A stretch of 64,000 bases of DNA from NCBI GenBank assembly GCA_963771885.1, contig CAVYVF010000002.1, positions 160,001 through 224,000 of the forward strand, read 5' to 3'. Positions 41,744-51,778 of this stretch are shown piece by piece (the stretch's first letter is position 1; each line of letters begins with the position of its first letter). Source of the DNA: Candidatus Bathyarchaeota archaeon (lineage in GTDB: Archaea > Thermoproteota > Bathyarchaeia > TCS64). The notes beneath the pieces were generated by a model. It made no database searches, was not told the DNA's origin, and worked only from the letters and a program-made list of their open reading frames with translations. Position numbers and translations under genes: made by a program.

Positions 41744-42363
41744 TTAACACACCTTGGTTGTCGTAGCATGAAGGTCAGTACTGGTCCGTTGGAGCCGAAT
41801 TGCTTAGTCTTTAGAACCTTGAATCCATGGCGCTCGTAGAGAGACGTGTTCACAGGATTTGAGTTTTCTAAATAAGTAGGGATTCTTGTTTCGTCAAACT
41901 TTTTTAATTTATACTTGAGTAGACCTGAACCTAGTCCTCTACCCTGATAGTTTGGGTCCACAGCGATGTATTCGAGGTAACCATGGGGGATGCTTGGCCG
42001 ATTCTCGACAAACGATTGAATCACCTCATTGAACCTATCTACCCTCGCCTCAGTCGTCCATCTCAATATCCTTGGACCGAGAGCCTCAAAGTTCTCAGGT
42101 GATACATCAAGCAGACCCTTACCCGGAGGAAACCATAAGGCGCAGGCCTTCAGATCCTTCGTTGAGTGCACTTCACCCTCGGAATAGGCAATATCGAGAC
42201 AAAATGTGAACAAGTCTCTTAGAGCAGACATCTTTAATCGGTCATCTCGGGTCATCCAACTGACACCGGGATCCGTTTTGAAAGCACGAGCCAGGGTTTC
42301 TGCAAGCTTAGCCGAGTCCCGGGGAGAGGCCGTGAATATCTCTGGATTGCTTGTACTCTGCAT
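41740..42363 (-). CDS. GNAT N-acetyltransferase
   Basis: YIAVDPNYQGRGLG, YLENS..N..LYERHGF. Confidence 0.9.
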   Translation of the reverse strand: MQSTSNPEIFTASPRDSAKLAETLARAFKTDPGVSWMTRDDRLKMSALRDLFTFCLDIAYSEGEVHSTKDLKACALWFPPGKGLLDVSPENFEALGPRILRWTTEARVDRFNEVIQSFVENRPSIPHGYLEYIAVDPNYQGRGLGSGLLKYKLKKFDETRIPTYLENSNPVNTSLYERHGFKVLKTKQFGSNGPVLTFMLRQPRCVK

Positions 42364-42372
42364 TTTCCCACC

Positions 42373-43845
42373 TCAGTTTTGAGGATGACTGATGGCCTTT
42401 TGGCCAAGTTCCTTTACTAGATTGAAGACGTAATCAAAGTCCTCTCGTTTGCTGCGGTGATTAGTAATTGCCGCTCGTAAAACCCAGTTACCTTTAACGT
42501 TGGTGTCACTGATCATCCAAAACCTGATCTTATTTGCCTCCGTGGCAATCGCCTTATTCAACTTGTTTAACTCGTCTTCGGACAGGTTACCCGGGTTAAA
42601 TCTGAAACACACGACGTTGCTCGCTACTGGGGCGCAGAGCTCCATCTCAGGATCCCGTTGAACCAATTCACCTAGGTATCTTGCCTGGTCTATGTTCTGC
42701 TGAATCAAACGACCGTATTTGCCCCAACCATGAGCCCTTAGTAACATGTAGGCCTTTAAACCTCTGAACTCCCTACTGAGTGGCAAAGCGAGGCTGTGAG
42801 GACTATCCAGAGTTGTGCTATTCTCCTTGATGAGATCCGAACCACTCTTAAGATATTGAGCCTCATGCCCGTAAACAAATGTACTATAGTGAGCGAGTCT
42901 ATCCTTGACAAGAGTGCAGCCAATCCCGTAGGGCATGTACATCCACTTGTGCAAGTCTACAGCTAACGAATCTGCTCGCTCAAAACCATCAGCTAAGTGT
43001 TTATGGGTCTTACTTATTTTGACCCAGCCACCAAACGCCCCGTCTATATGAAACCAAAGCTTCTCTTTTCCAGCTAGGTCCGCAAGTGCGTGAAAATCGT
43101 CGAATGCTCCCGCGTCAACAGTTCCCGCGTTCCCAATAATGCAAAAAGGCAAGTAGCCCGCTTTTTTATCCTCATTTATCGCCGCTTTTAGTGAACTCAA
43201 TTTAATTCTGCATTCGTCATCGCTTTCTATCCATCGGAGGTTTTCGCTTCCGATTCCGAGAAGTTCAACACTTCTCTCTAGGCAGTGGTGCCCTCCGTCA
43301 CTCACGTAGACTACCATTCTACGCTGCACACCCTGCATTCCCTTTGCCTTCATGTCTACCTCTGCTCTTGCGTTTCGTGCCACTGCAAGTGCCGTGTAGT
43401 TGGCTTCGCTTCCACCACTAACCAAAACTCCCCCCGCTTCTTTCGGAAATTCAAGCATCTGCTTGATCCAGTCTATGACCTGCTTGTGAACGTACCCGGC
43501 TGCCATCGGTTGGGCTTCGATTACGCTGTTTACCCCCGCAGTTAGCATCGAAGTCAACATGCCATAAGGTGAGCCAGTACCTGCTACTGCACCCCAGAAA
43601 CGTGGGGCGGAATTACTTCCTGAATAAGGCTGGATATTATTTTTAAAGATGTTATATACTTGTTCTTCTCCCTCGCCGTCTTCAGTCAAAGGGGTTAGTA
43701 TGTTTTTAGTTATTTCTTGTGAAGGAAAACCGAATGTTTTCTTCGCAATATCTCGTTGGTGATCAATCATGTCATCGAGCATCTTATGCCCGAGTTTCCT
43801 CAACTCATCCCAATTATCAGGGTCAAGTGTTTCCTCTCGGACCAT
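42373..43845 (-). CDS. PLP-dependent group II amino-acid decarboxylase
   Basis: ETLDPDNW, SGGSEAN, HIDGAFG, DSLAVDLHKW. Confidence 0.9.
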   Translation of the reverse strand: MVREETLDPDNWDELRKLGHKMLDDMIDHQRDIAKKTFGFPSQEITKNILTPLTEDGEGEEQVYNIFKNNIQPYSGSNSAPRFWGAVAGTGSPYGMLTSMLTAGVNSVIEAQPMAAGYVHKQVIDWIKQMLEFPKEAGGVLVSGGSEANYTALAVARNARAEVDMKAKGMQGVQRRMVVYVSDGGHHCLERSVELLGIGSENLRWIESDDECRIKLSSLKAAINEDKKAGYLPFCIIGNAGTVDAGAFDDFHALADLAGKEKLWFHIDGAFGGWVKISKTHKHLADGFERADSLAVDLHKWMYMPYGIGCTLVKDRLAHYSTFVYGHEAQYLKSGSDLIKENSTTLDSPHSLALPLSREFRGLKAYMLLRAHGWGKYGRLIQQNIDQARYLGELVQRDPEMELCAPVASNVVCFRFNPGNLSEDELNKLNKAIATEANKIRFWMISDTNVKGNWVLRAAITNHRSKREDFDYVFNLVKELGQKAISHPQN

Positions 43846-43957
43846 ATAAACTCAAAATTACTCATTTTGGAAATGATAAATCGAGGATGTTTACAAATGT
43901 ATACAAAAACGCGACTCATGAATGCGGTGAAGACCACTCATCGGAGAGGTCAGATTT

Positions 43958-44034
43958 TGGTGGGATCGGTGAGATTTGAACTCACGAACTCGTACGCCCC
44001 AGGCACGAATCTTACCAAGCTAGACCACGATCCC
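43958..44034 (-). tRNA. tRNA-Pro(GGG), CCA encoded
   Basis: GGGATCGTGGTCTAGCTTGGTAAGATTCGTGCCTGGGGCGTACGAGTTCGTGAGTTCAAATCTCACCGATCCCACCA folds as a cloverleaf. Confidence 0.95.
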
Positions 44035-44081
44035 GAACCAAACACTAGACACAGCCTCCACAGTAAAAAGGTTACGCGGAG

Positions 44082-45274
44082 CTACTTTGACTGCTTCTCC
44101 TGCTCGGCTAACCTGCGTCCGTGCTCCTTTTTCGCAAAGTCTAGGAGTTCGGGCTTCGAGATCAAGTCTATTGCCATAAATGCGAGGGCAGTCGCTGCCT
44201 TCATCATGACCTCGTGCGCTTCGTCGGTCGCCGTCATAGACGCCCCTTCGGGGCTGTGGAGGGTTACGTTGCCTATGTTTACATATGCGCTTAGGGCAGG
44301 GATAGCCTGACTCACATTGCCGAAGTCTGTGCTGCCCCCCCTTGGCGGGGTTCCTTTTCCTCGGGGAAGTCGACTCCGACCTCCTTCATCTCGGCTCGGA
44401 ATAGGTCCGTGAGCGTCTTGTTGGGGATGCTGTTGGCGTATGGGTTTGCGACGCGCGTGATCTTGCTCCGGGTTCCTGTCATCAGCTCAGCGCCTTTAAT
44501 GATGTTCTGGACCTTCGTGTAGTACTCGGTGAGCATCGGCATGGTTGGTGCTCTGACGTAGAGATGGGCGCTCGCGTAGTCGGGGACGACGTTGGGGCTG
44601 GCGCCGCCGTTCTTGATTATGCCGTGTATGCGGACGTCCCTGTTGATGTGCTGGCGCAGCGCGTTTATCCCGTTGAATGTCTCGATGACGCCGTTTAAAG
44701 CGTTTATGCCCTTCTCGGGGGAGCCGCCTGCGTGGCTGCTTTTGCCATAGAACTCGACTAGGAAGCTCTCACGGGCGTTGCTCGAGCTGTAGCTCCCCCA
44801 CATATTAGCGGGATGAACCATAATGGCGACATCAGCCTTCTTAATCTCGTCGAGCATGAGCACCTTGCCGCCGGCGTTCTCGACGACACCCTCTTCGGCG
44901 GGTGTCCCATAGATGACTATGTTACCGGGAAGCTTTTCGGCGACTGAGGCAAGCCCTATTGCGGCGCCGAGGGCGGAGGCGGCGATGAGGTTGTGACCGC
45001 AGGCGTGCCCGATGCCGGGGAGAGCATCGTACTCGGCGAGGATTGCGATCGTCGGCCCCTCTCTATTCACCCTTTTCGCGGTGAAGGCTGTCTTCATACC
45101 CGAGACGCCGAGCTCCACCTCATAGCCGTGCCCCTTAAGTGCCTCAGCGAGGAGTGCCGCCGACTTGTACTCTTGGTGGCCGAGCTCCGGTTCAGCGTGT
45201 ATCCTGTTGCTGACGCCTACTAGAACCTCCCTGTGCTCGTCGATGCTGCGGCGAGCCGCTTCCTTGGTATCCAT
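44082..45274 (-). CDS. M20-family amidohydrolase (AbgB-like), frameshift in a G7 run near 44335
   Basis: EYDALP.IGHACGHN, GTPAEEG; GSTDFGNVSQ continues in the second frame. Confidence 0.85.
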
Positions 45275-45277
45275 GCC

Positions 45278-46081
45278 CTAAGACTGCGCGGTGGCGGTGA
45301 AATCTTTTTCCAGCCCCGCGGCGCGAATGAGCGCCGAGTATTTGGCGTCGCTCATGTCCCTCCGATACTCCCTGAGTGCGGAGAGGAGCGTCTCCCTGTC
45401 GGGGAGCCCCATTATGCGCTCTACGACGAGGCTCGCCTGCGTATTCAGGAAAAGCGACTGCACGACGGTCGTGACGTTGGATACGCGTCTCGCAGTACTC
45501 GCTGACTCGAAGTCGATTATCACAGGCTCAAACCCACGCATCAGCGTATGCCTCCTGAGGCGGACGAGCTCGCCGTGGTCGAGCCCCGCCAAGTCAAGGC
45601 GCCTCGTCTGGTCGATCAACCTACGGAAGACGCCGCGGAGAATCCCCGCGTCACAGGTACCAAGCTGCCTGATCCAGTCGCTGAGATAAGGGCCCTCGAT
45701 GAGCTCCATCAGAAGGACGTCCTTCCCCCATGAGATGAGTTTCGGCCCTATTCCTACGTCGTTCGCCGCCCTGAGGAGCCTCGCCTCATCGTCAAAGCTA
45801 GTCCTGTCAGCGTCGGAGCGCCGTATCTTCGCAGCGCAGGCGCCGTCGCGAGTGATCGCCTTGAGGACTATGGAAGTGTTGCCCTTGCCGAGGACCGGTA
45901 TGGTCTCAACGCGGTGCGGCCCCTCGAAGACCACCGCCTCTACCCCCAGCGTCCTAAGTTCCTCGATCCTAGCCTCCGCAGCTCGGTAATCCCACCTTGG
46001 GAAGTGTATGAGGTAGCCCCGCGGGTGTGTGAGGAGCATGTCTAACGGGACATGTTCACTCAAGCCAGTCAGGCCTACCAC
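45278..46081 (-). CDS. archaeal Ser/Thr protein kinase (RIO/Bud32-like)
   Basis: LGKG, AAKIRR, GPKL, LDHGEL, IIDFESAS. Confidence 0.85.
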   Translation of the reverse strand: MVGLTGLSEHVPLDMLLTHPRGYLIHFPRWDYRAAEARIEELRTLGVEAVVFEGPHRVETIPVLGKGNTSIVLKAITRDGACAAKIRRSDADRTSFDDEARLLRAANDVGIGPKLISWGKDVLLMELIEGPYLSDWIRQLGTCDAGILRGVFRRLIDQTRRLDLAGLDHGELVRLRRHTLMRGFEPVIIDFESASTARRVSNVTTVVQSLFLNTQASLVVERIMGLPDRETLLSALREYRRDMSDAKYSALIRAAGLEKDFTATAQS

Positions 46082-47453
46082 ATAGGAAGTCGGCGAGGTA
46101 ACCGGAAAAGTCCCCCCTTAGCTCGCCCTCTACCTCCTCGTTAATGAAAATGTCCCCGCCCTCCCCGAGGAGGTCCGCAAGGCGCTTCGAGACTCCGAGC
46201 TCCTCATAGTTGTCCACTAGAACCTTCCGGAGGTAAGTGCGTGTGAGAACATGCTTCCTCTTGACAATTACCCACCACTTACCCCCCTCAATACCTGGGC
46301 CGCTGACGAGGTCAGGGGACTCCAGGTAGGTCCCTAGGAAGTCACGGCTGTCCTTCTGGAGGCGGACGGGTGGCCCCACCTTCTTGATCAGGGGCGGGAG
46401 GGCGATCGACTCGAGCTCGTAGACGAATATGTGCCTGCTCGCCTCGTCGCTCCAGGTGCCAGAGCGGAAGACCTTGAATCCCCTCTCCCCGAGCGCCCTG
46501 CCGAGGGCCTTCTCAGTCCGATAGAGCTGCCCCCAGAGAGTGTCAGGCACTGGCGGCTCCTCGTCGCGTATAACTATGAAGAGGAGGTCGGAACCCCTGC
46601 CCTCCAGCTTCCCCTTGAGCCCTGAGGCCTCTTTGGCTGAGGACTTGAAGAACTTCTCGCTGGGCTTCTCGAGCAGTGCGCGAGCCGCGGCGACAAATGT
46701 CCAGAGCGCCGTCTCGGTGACCGCGGAGGCGACGTTCCTGTTAGGGTCGACGGGATCAATTACGACGAGGGGCTCCTTAATCTTTGGCGCAGCCCCCTGC
46801 TCCAGCTGGATGACGGGGCGCTCATCCCAGTTACCCGCCGCCTCGACCAGCGCCTCGAATCCGCCGTGGGCGACGACGAGGAGCTCGCAGAGGTAGCCGC
46901 TGAAGCCCCCCACCTTGATCTCGGCCCCGTATACGCCGATACCCCTCATGAACGCCTTTAGGACCCTGATGTCATCACGTAGCCGCGCGTTGAGTCGTGG
47001 GAGTAAGTAGCTCGTGTGCAATGGCGTCCAATCCGTCGCCGACATGAAGCCACTCCCAGCCACAGCTCTGAAGCAGGGGATGAACTCCACCTCGAAGCCC
47101 TCAATCATCTTCTTCACATACGGGTGCTCCGCGTAAGCCTCGACCCAGCCCTTCCCCACATAGTCCTTCACGACCTCGTTGACCCTTAGCAGCTCGTTAC
47201 GCCCCGTACCGTGACGGAGTACAATAAAGATGTCAATGTCCCTCTGCCCGACGAGCCAAGTGTCTCGGGCAACCGAGCCATGGACCTCGACGTCTGCGTC
47301 TACGCCACCCTTCCTGAGCGCCTCAGCGAGGTCCGCCTTCAACTTCACTATGAATGCTTTTATCGCCTCGTAGTCGCGCTCGGACGGCTTGACCCCAACT
47401 GATATACTACGTTTAAGCTGGCTCCAAGGCTCCGGAAGGGGCAATGATGTCAC
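46056..47453 (-). CDS. cca: CCA-adding enzyme (class I)
   Basis: GSVARDTW, DIDIF, YAEHPY, GVYGAE, GGFSGYLCEL, DPVDPNRNVA. Confidence 0.95.
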   Translation of the reverse strand: MTSLPLPEPWSQLKRSISVGVKPSERDYEAIKAFIVKLKADLAEALRKGGVDADVEVHGSVARDTWLVGQRDIDIFIVLRHGTGRNELLRVNEVVKDYVGKGWVEAYAEHPYVKKMIEGFEVEFIPCFRAVAGSGFMSATDWTPLHTSYLLPRLNARLRDDIRVLKAFMRGIGVYGAEIKVGGFSGYLCELLVVAHGGFEALVEAAGNWDERPVIQLEQGAAPKIKEPLVVIDPVDPNRNVASAVTETALWTFVAAARALLEKPSEKFFKSSAKEASGLKGKLEGRGSDLLFIVIRDEEPPVPDTLWGQLYRTEKALGRALGERGFKVFRSGTWSDEASRHIFVYELESIALPPLIKKVGPPVRLQKDSRDFLGTYLESPDLVSGPGIEGGKWWVIVKRKHVLTRTYLRKVLVDNYEELGVSKRLADLLGEGGDIFINEEVEGELRGDFSGYLADFLCGRPDWLE

Positions 47454-47504
47454 TAATTGAGCTTAGGCGTGTGCACCATAGAAATAGCTACCGAATGCGA
47501 GTGG

Positions 47505-48065
47505 CTATAAGAGCGCCTTCGACTCTACGACATTCGAGTAGATCGGGCCGCTACGCGTCAGCAGGCTCTTCTTGAGGCATATGTGCTCGACCCTCTGGAG
47601 TCCGAACTCCTCGTCTGCCATCGCCTCAACCGCCTCGGCAAGCTTTGCCCTGTTATGTCCTCCTCGTACTCGGCATAGTGTCACGTGGGGCTGGAAGGGT
47701 CTCCTCTCCTGTTCAAAGCCAAGTGCCCTTAGTCCGCTCTCTAGTTCTGTGAATACGGCGAGCATCTCTAACGCCTCCCCAGCGACACCCGCCCATATGA
47801 CGCTCGGCCTGCTCAGCGACGGGAAGACGCCGACACCCCTGAAATCGAGTGTGAACGGCTTGAAGGCAATGCCCCTAATAAGCTCGGCGACTCGCGTCGT
47901 CCTCTCCTCAGTTATCTCGCCGAGGAATTTGAGTGTGACATGTATGTTCTCTTCCTCGACCGCCTTCAAATCCGCCCCCGTCGCTACGAGTGCCTCTTGT
48001 ACGCGCCGTAGCGCTGCCCTGAGCCGCGGCTCGTCAACTTCCACGGCTACAAAGCACCTATCCAT
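47505..48065 (-). CDS. thpR: RNA 2',3'-cyclic phosphodiesterase (2'-5' RNA ligase)
   Basis: HVTLKF and PHVTL 2H motifs, GPIY; adjacent to cca. Confidence 0.92.
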   Translation of the reverse strand: MDRCFVAVEVDEPRLRAALRRVQEALVATGADLKAVEEENIHVTLKFLGEITEERTTRVAELIRGIAFKPFTLDFRGVGVFPSLSRPSVIWAGVAGEALEMLAVFTELESGLRALGFEQERRPFQPHVTLCRVRGGHNRAKLAEAVEAMADEEFGLQRVEHICLKKSLLTRSGPIYSNVVESKALL

Positions 48066-48122
48066 GGTGTAGATGCCGTCTCGGCTGCTAATGATTTTAA
48101 CCCTTGTGACCCCCGTACCTGC

Positions 48123-48995
48123 ATGGACTCCCTCGCCGTGGTACTCGTCCTCGTCAGCGCGGCGTCGCACGCGGCGTGGAACTTTCTCGCCAAGGGTTCA
48201 CGCGACAAAGACAGCTTCATGCTACTTACCAACGCGACGAGCCAGGTCACTCTCCTCCCCGTCTTCATTGTGCTGCTCCGCGACTGGCGACTTCCCCTGG
48301 AGGCGGTACCGTTCCTCGTGGTAAGCGCGCTGGCGGAGGTGGTCTACTTCCTCGCTCTGAGCCGAGCTTACGACGCGGGTGACCTGAGCGTAGTATACCC
48401 CGTCGCGAGGAGTGCTCCTCTCTTCGTTGCCATAGCGGGAGCCCTCTTTTTTGGTGACCCACTCTCCGCCTCGGGACTCGTCGGCATATTACTCGTCCTC
48501 GCAGGCGTCTATATACTCCATCTAAAGTCCCTGAGGCTAGATAGCCTACTCGAACCCCTGCGCAGCTTCCGTGGACCTGCATTCGGCTTCGCCCTCATTG
48601 CCGCCATCGGCACCACTGCCTACTCACTCAGCGACAAGGCCGCCGTGAGCCGCGTCGACCCTGTCCTCTACAACCTCTGGCTGGAGTTCGCAATAACCCT
48701 CGTCCTCCTGCCCATAATCCTACGAGGCAGAGGCTGGGGCAATATACGCGCCGAGTGGCGTAGCGACTGGAAGAAAATCTCACTAGCGGGCGCCTTAATG
48801 CGTGGTGGCTACCTCCTAGTCCTCGTGGCGATGACTCTCGCCCCCGTCGGTTACCTCCTCGCCTTCAGGCAAGTCAGCGTCGTTATAGGCGCACTCCTCG
48901 GTCTCACCCTCCTCGGTGAGGGATACGGCGCACCTCGCATACTCGGCTCTGCTACAATCTTTGCTGGCGTCTACGTCATAGCAACCCTTGCCTGA
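48123..48995 (+). CDS. EamA/DMT transporter
   Basis: HAAWN, DLSVVYPVARSAP; ~10 TM segments. Confidence 0.88.
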   Translation: MDSLAVVLVLVSAASHAAWNFLAKGSRDKDSFMLLTNATSQVTLLPVFIVLLRDWRLPLEAVPFLVVSALAEVVYFLALSRAYDAGDLSVVYPVARSAPLFVAIAGALFFGDPLSASGLVGILLVLAGVYILHLKSLRLDSLLEPLRSFRGPAFGFALIAAIGTTAYSLSDKAAVSRVDPVLYNLWLEFAITLVLLPIILRGRGWGNIRAEWRSDWKKISLAGALMRGGYLLVLVAMTLAPVGYLLAFRQVSVVIGALLGLTLLGEGYGAPRILGSATIFAGVYVIATLA

Positions 48996-49058
48996 GTTGA
49001 TCAACATAAAACGATTAGGATGGAAGGAGTGCACTCGTATAACGTGGCGCCAGCGATT

Positions 49059-49826
49059 CTAGTGAATAAATAAGCTCATTATGTATAAGCCGAAGTCGCC
49101 GAAGATGATAGAACTCACATACCCAACCCCCAATACGAGTAGGAAAGGCAAACTGTAAGCGACCCAGACCCGGCTTCGTCCAAGGGAGCGCAGCCTGTTA
49201 AACGTGTTCGAGGCGTCCGCGTCATCTGACAGGTCGGGCTTCAGGAGGAGCGTAATGACTCCTTCCTCGTTAACTGCCTCCAGCGGATATTCAAACGGGG
49301 GCCCCCTCACACTTGCGATTTCCTTTCTTATACCCGTCATCAGCAGAATGGCTTTCCTCCAACTGGTTGCCCCCGAATAGCCCTCGAAGAATGCACTCCT
49401 TCCCCGCGAACTGAGGTTGTACATGAGAACGATAATAACACCAGAGGCACTGATCATAGCCGAGTTCGAAATCACTGTCAGTGGATAGAGTACGGGTGTG
49501 AATAACATCGGTTTAAACACAGCTAAAGGCGCGATAGGGTTGAGTAAACCAATAACGACGAAGGCGAGGAGATCCGCCCCTCCAAATAACCCCGTGTAAC
49601 CAGCGGCGAGCGCGAACAGCACCGAGAACCCGACGGTGACGACGAGAAGGCTCAAGTCTAGCGCCCCCGAGTACACCTCGAAAGCGTCGATCCCGAGAGC
49701 CGCTACGCCAAATACGATCCAGACGAGATCGTTAACTTCCCTCGTCTTAACATCCTTGTAAGCAACGTAACCAAACATCACTATAGAGAGGGCGACTCTG
49801 AGCACATCGAACATATAGCTCCCCAT
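49059..49826 (-). CDS. A24 prepilin/preflagellin peptidase
   Basis: YKDVKTREV, FGGAD, VWV...PF. Confidence 0.88.
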   Translation of the reverse strand: MGSYMFDVLRVALSIVMFGYVAYKDVKTREVNDLVWIVFGVAALGIDAFEVYSGALDLSLLVVTVGFSVLFALAAGYTGLFGGADLLAFVVIGLLNPIAPLAVFKPMLFTPVLYPLTVISNSAMISASGVIIVLMYNLSSRGRSAFFEGYSGATSWRKAILLMTGIRKEIASVRGPPFEYPLEAVNEEGVITLLLKPDLSDDADASNTFNRLRSLGRSRVWVAYSLPFLLVLGVGYVSSIIFGDFGLYIMSLFIH

Positions 49827-50195
49827 CGCAAACTCTCAGTCTCTACGACCATTCTTAGGCTTATATAATTTCTAGAGCAAAGCTCCTGATCTTCGTAGGG
49901 CATAATATCTGAACATCTCATCTGAAGAATGTTTTTCAATCCCTTATCGATCCGCTTTGGTTCACCTGAGTAAAAGACAAGGCTAGAAAGAGTCTTCGTA
50001 GACGGGTGCGAGACTCGTTACCTCAAGTTCTTTGAGCTCTCGACGACCAACGTGGTCTTAAAAACTATCTTTTCTTAAAATAATCCATGTTATATGAGTT
50101 ATATTAATTCATGACCTTATTATGAGTCTATAACCCTATCTTCTTTATTAATCGTAAAAGTTCTCCTATGTCTCTGAGGAGGCCTTAAGCAACAA

Positions 50196-50762
50196 TTGAG
50201 CTTCGACGAGAGGGTCGACGCAGTTGACCTAATTTTAAAGGTGCTACAGGACCATGAAAAGAGTCTCGACACCCTCGTATCTCAGATGGGTGAGACTCTC
50301 ACCCAGTCGCAGGCCACTGGAGCAGGCCAAGCTAAGGGGCTTAATCGATATAAGGTCGTCCTCCGTAGATGGTTAGATTTCCGGGCGAGGTGCATGAATT
50401 CTGAACTCGTCACCTTCGACATGATCGGGGACATGTTCCACGTTACCGTCGTGAAGAACGGTAGCTTTTACGCCTACTCGGAGACGATCCCCGAGGTAAC
50501 CATCAAAATGGAGAAGGAAGGGGACAAAGTACTCATCGAGGGAGACGAGTTGATGAGCCACAAAGATGTCTCTTACATCTTCAACGGGAAACTTCAGTGT
50601 GGCCTTGCCGTCAACACTAAAAAAGGAAAGGTCAACCTGCCCAACGGGGACGTAGTGCATAAGATCATGTATGAAGTCGACCCCGAGGAAGCAAGTAAAT
50701 GGCTGTCAGACGAACTGAAGACCGATACAAAGTCGATAGTCTTCGGCAGTATAACGCCCTAA
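50196..50762 (+). CDS. hypothetical protein
   Basis: 188-aa ORF. Confidence 0.65.
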   Translation: MSFDERVDAVDLILKVLQDHEKSLDTLVSQMGETLTQSQATGAGQAKGLNRYKVVLRRWLDFRARCMNSELVTFDMIGDMFHVTVVKNGSFYAYSETIPEVTIKMEKEGDKVLIEGDELMSHKDVSYIFNGKLQCGLAVNTKKGKVNLPNGDVVHKIMYEVDPEEASKWLSDELKTDTKSIVFGSITP

Positions 50763-50792
50763 AAAAATTATTAAAAAATATGAGTGGAGAAT

Positions 50793-51095
50793 TTACCTCC
50801 AACTCATGATCTCGGGCACTTTCTTATTATCCACGAGCTCCTTCGCCTTGTTGAAATAGCGGAGCACATTCATGCCCTTCTCCGTGAGTTTGTACGCTTT
50901 CTTCGTCCTCTTATCACCGTCCTCCGTCAGGTACTCTTCGATGAGCTCTTGGTTTGCGAGTGACTTCAGTATCTGCTGAAGGGGTTTCCAGGAGAGGTTG
51001 GCACCATACATTATGCGTGTCGGAATGACTACGCCCTTGTTGACTTCCTCGAGTATGTCTATGTAGATCTCAAGCTTGCTTCGTCTGTTCGTCAT
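50793..51095 (-). CDS. winged helix-turn-helix regulator
   Basis: RRSKLEIYIDIL...PTRIMYGANLSW...YKLTEKG. Confidence 0.85.
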   Translation of the reverse strand: MTNRRSKLEIYIDILEEVNKGVVIPTRIMYGANLSWKPLQQILKSLANQELIEEYLTEDGDKRTKKAYKLTEKGMNVLRYFNKAKELVDNKKVPEIMSWR

Positions 51096-51431
51096 CTTTT
51101 CAATCTTCTCCGTTTCTCTTTCTTGCCTGAACTTCACTGGATTTACCCGGTCCTTTTAGAGGTTTAAGCAGTTGTCATGTGGTAAATGTTACACACATGT
51201 ATCAGGGACACAGATTCTTACCATGATGGCTCAGATACTGATGTAATATTAGCGCATCGTTAATTTTCAGCGCATTTTCCTTAGAAAATATATCGAAAAT
51301 CATTTTTTTATTTGTATGATGTAGCGCACACAATCTGTCCTCCTAAACGTCCTAGTTTTCGCATTTTTCGTTTCTCCTGACCTTGGTAAATATTGATCAT
51401 ATAGATTTAAAATATAGAATAGAGATACATA

Positions 51432-51767
51432 TTGCGAACCAAGATGTTCAGCAACACGCCGTTATCGCGCTTTGAGGTAGGAGCCTACCTCATGCTCGTG
51501 GCCGGCGTTGTGGGTGATCACCTCTCAACAGGTCTGGCACTGGCTCGCCCGAATATATACGAGACCAACCCAGTGGCTCTTAATCTAATGCAGAGGAGCC
51601 TATGGGTTCCCACTGATGTGGCGCTTATACTCGTAAGCATCCTGGCAACATACGTTTTAATGAGGGTCATGAACAAACCAGTCGCGAAATACGTCATGGT
51701 CTACCCTGCACTTGCGGGCGCGATAAGATTGGCTGTGACCTTCTGGAACTTTTCACTAATAATCTAA
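51432..51767 (+). CDS. small membrane protein (DUF5658-like)
   Basis: D..ST...YETNP motif; 3 TM segments. Confidence 0.6.
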   Translation: MRTKMFSNTPLSRFEVGAYLMLVAGVVGDHLSTGLALARPNIYETNPVALNLMQRSLWVPTDVALILVSILATYVLMRVMNKPVAKYVMVYPALAGAIRLAVTFWNFSLII

Positions 51768-51778
51768 ACCTTTCCAAG

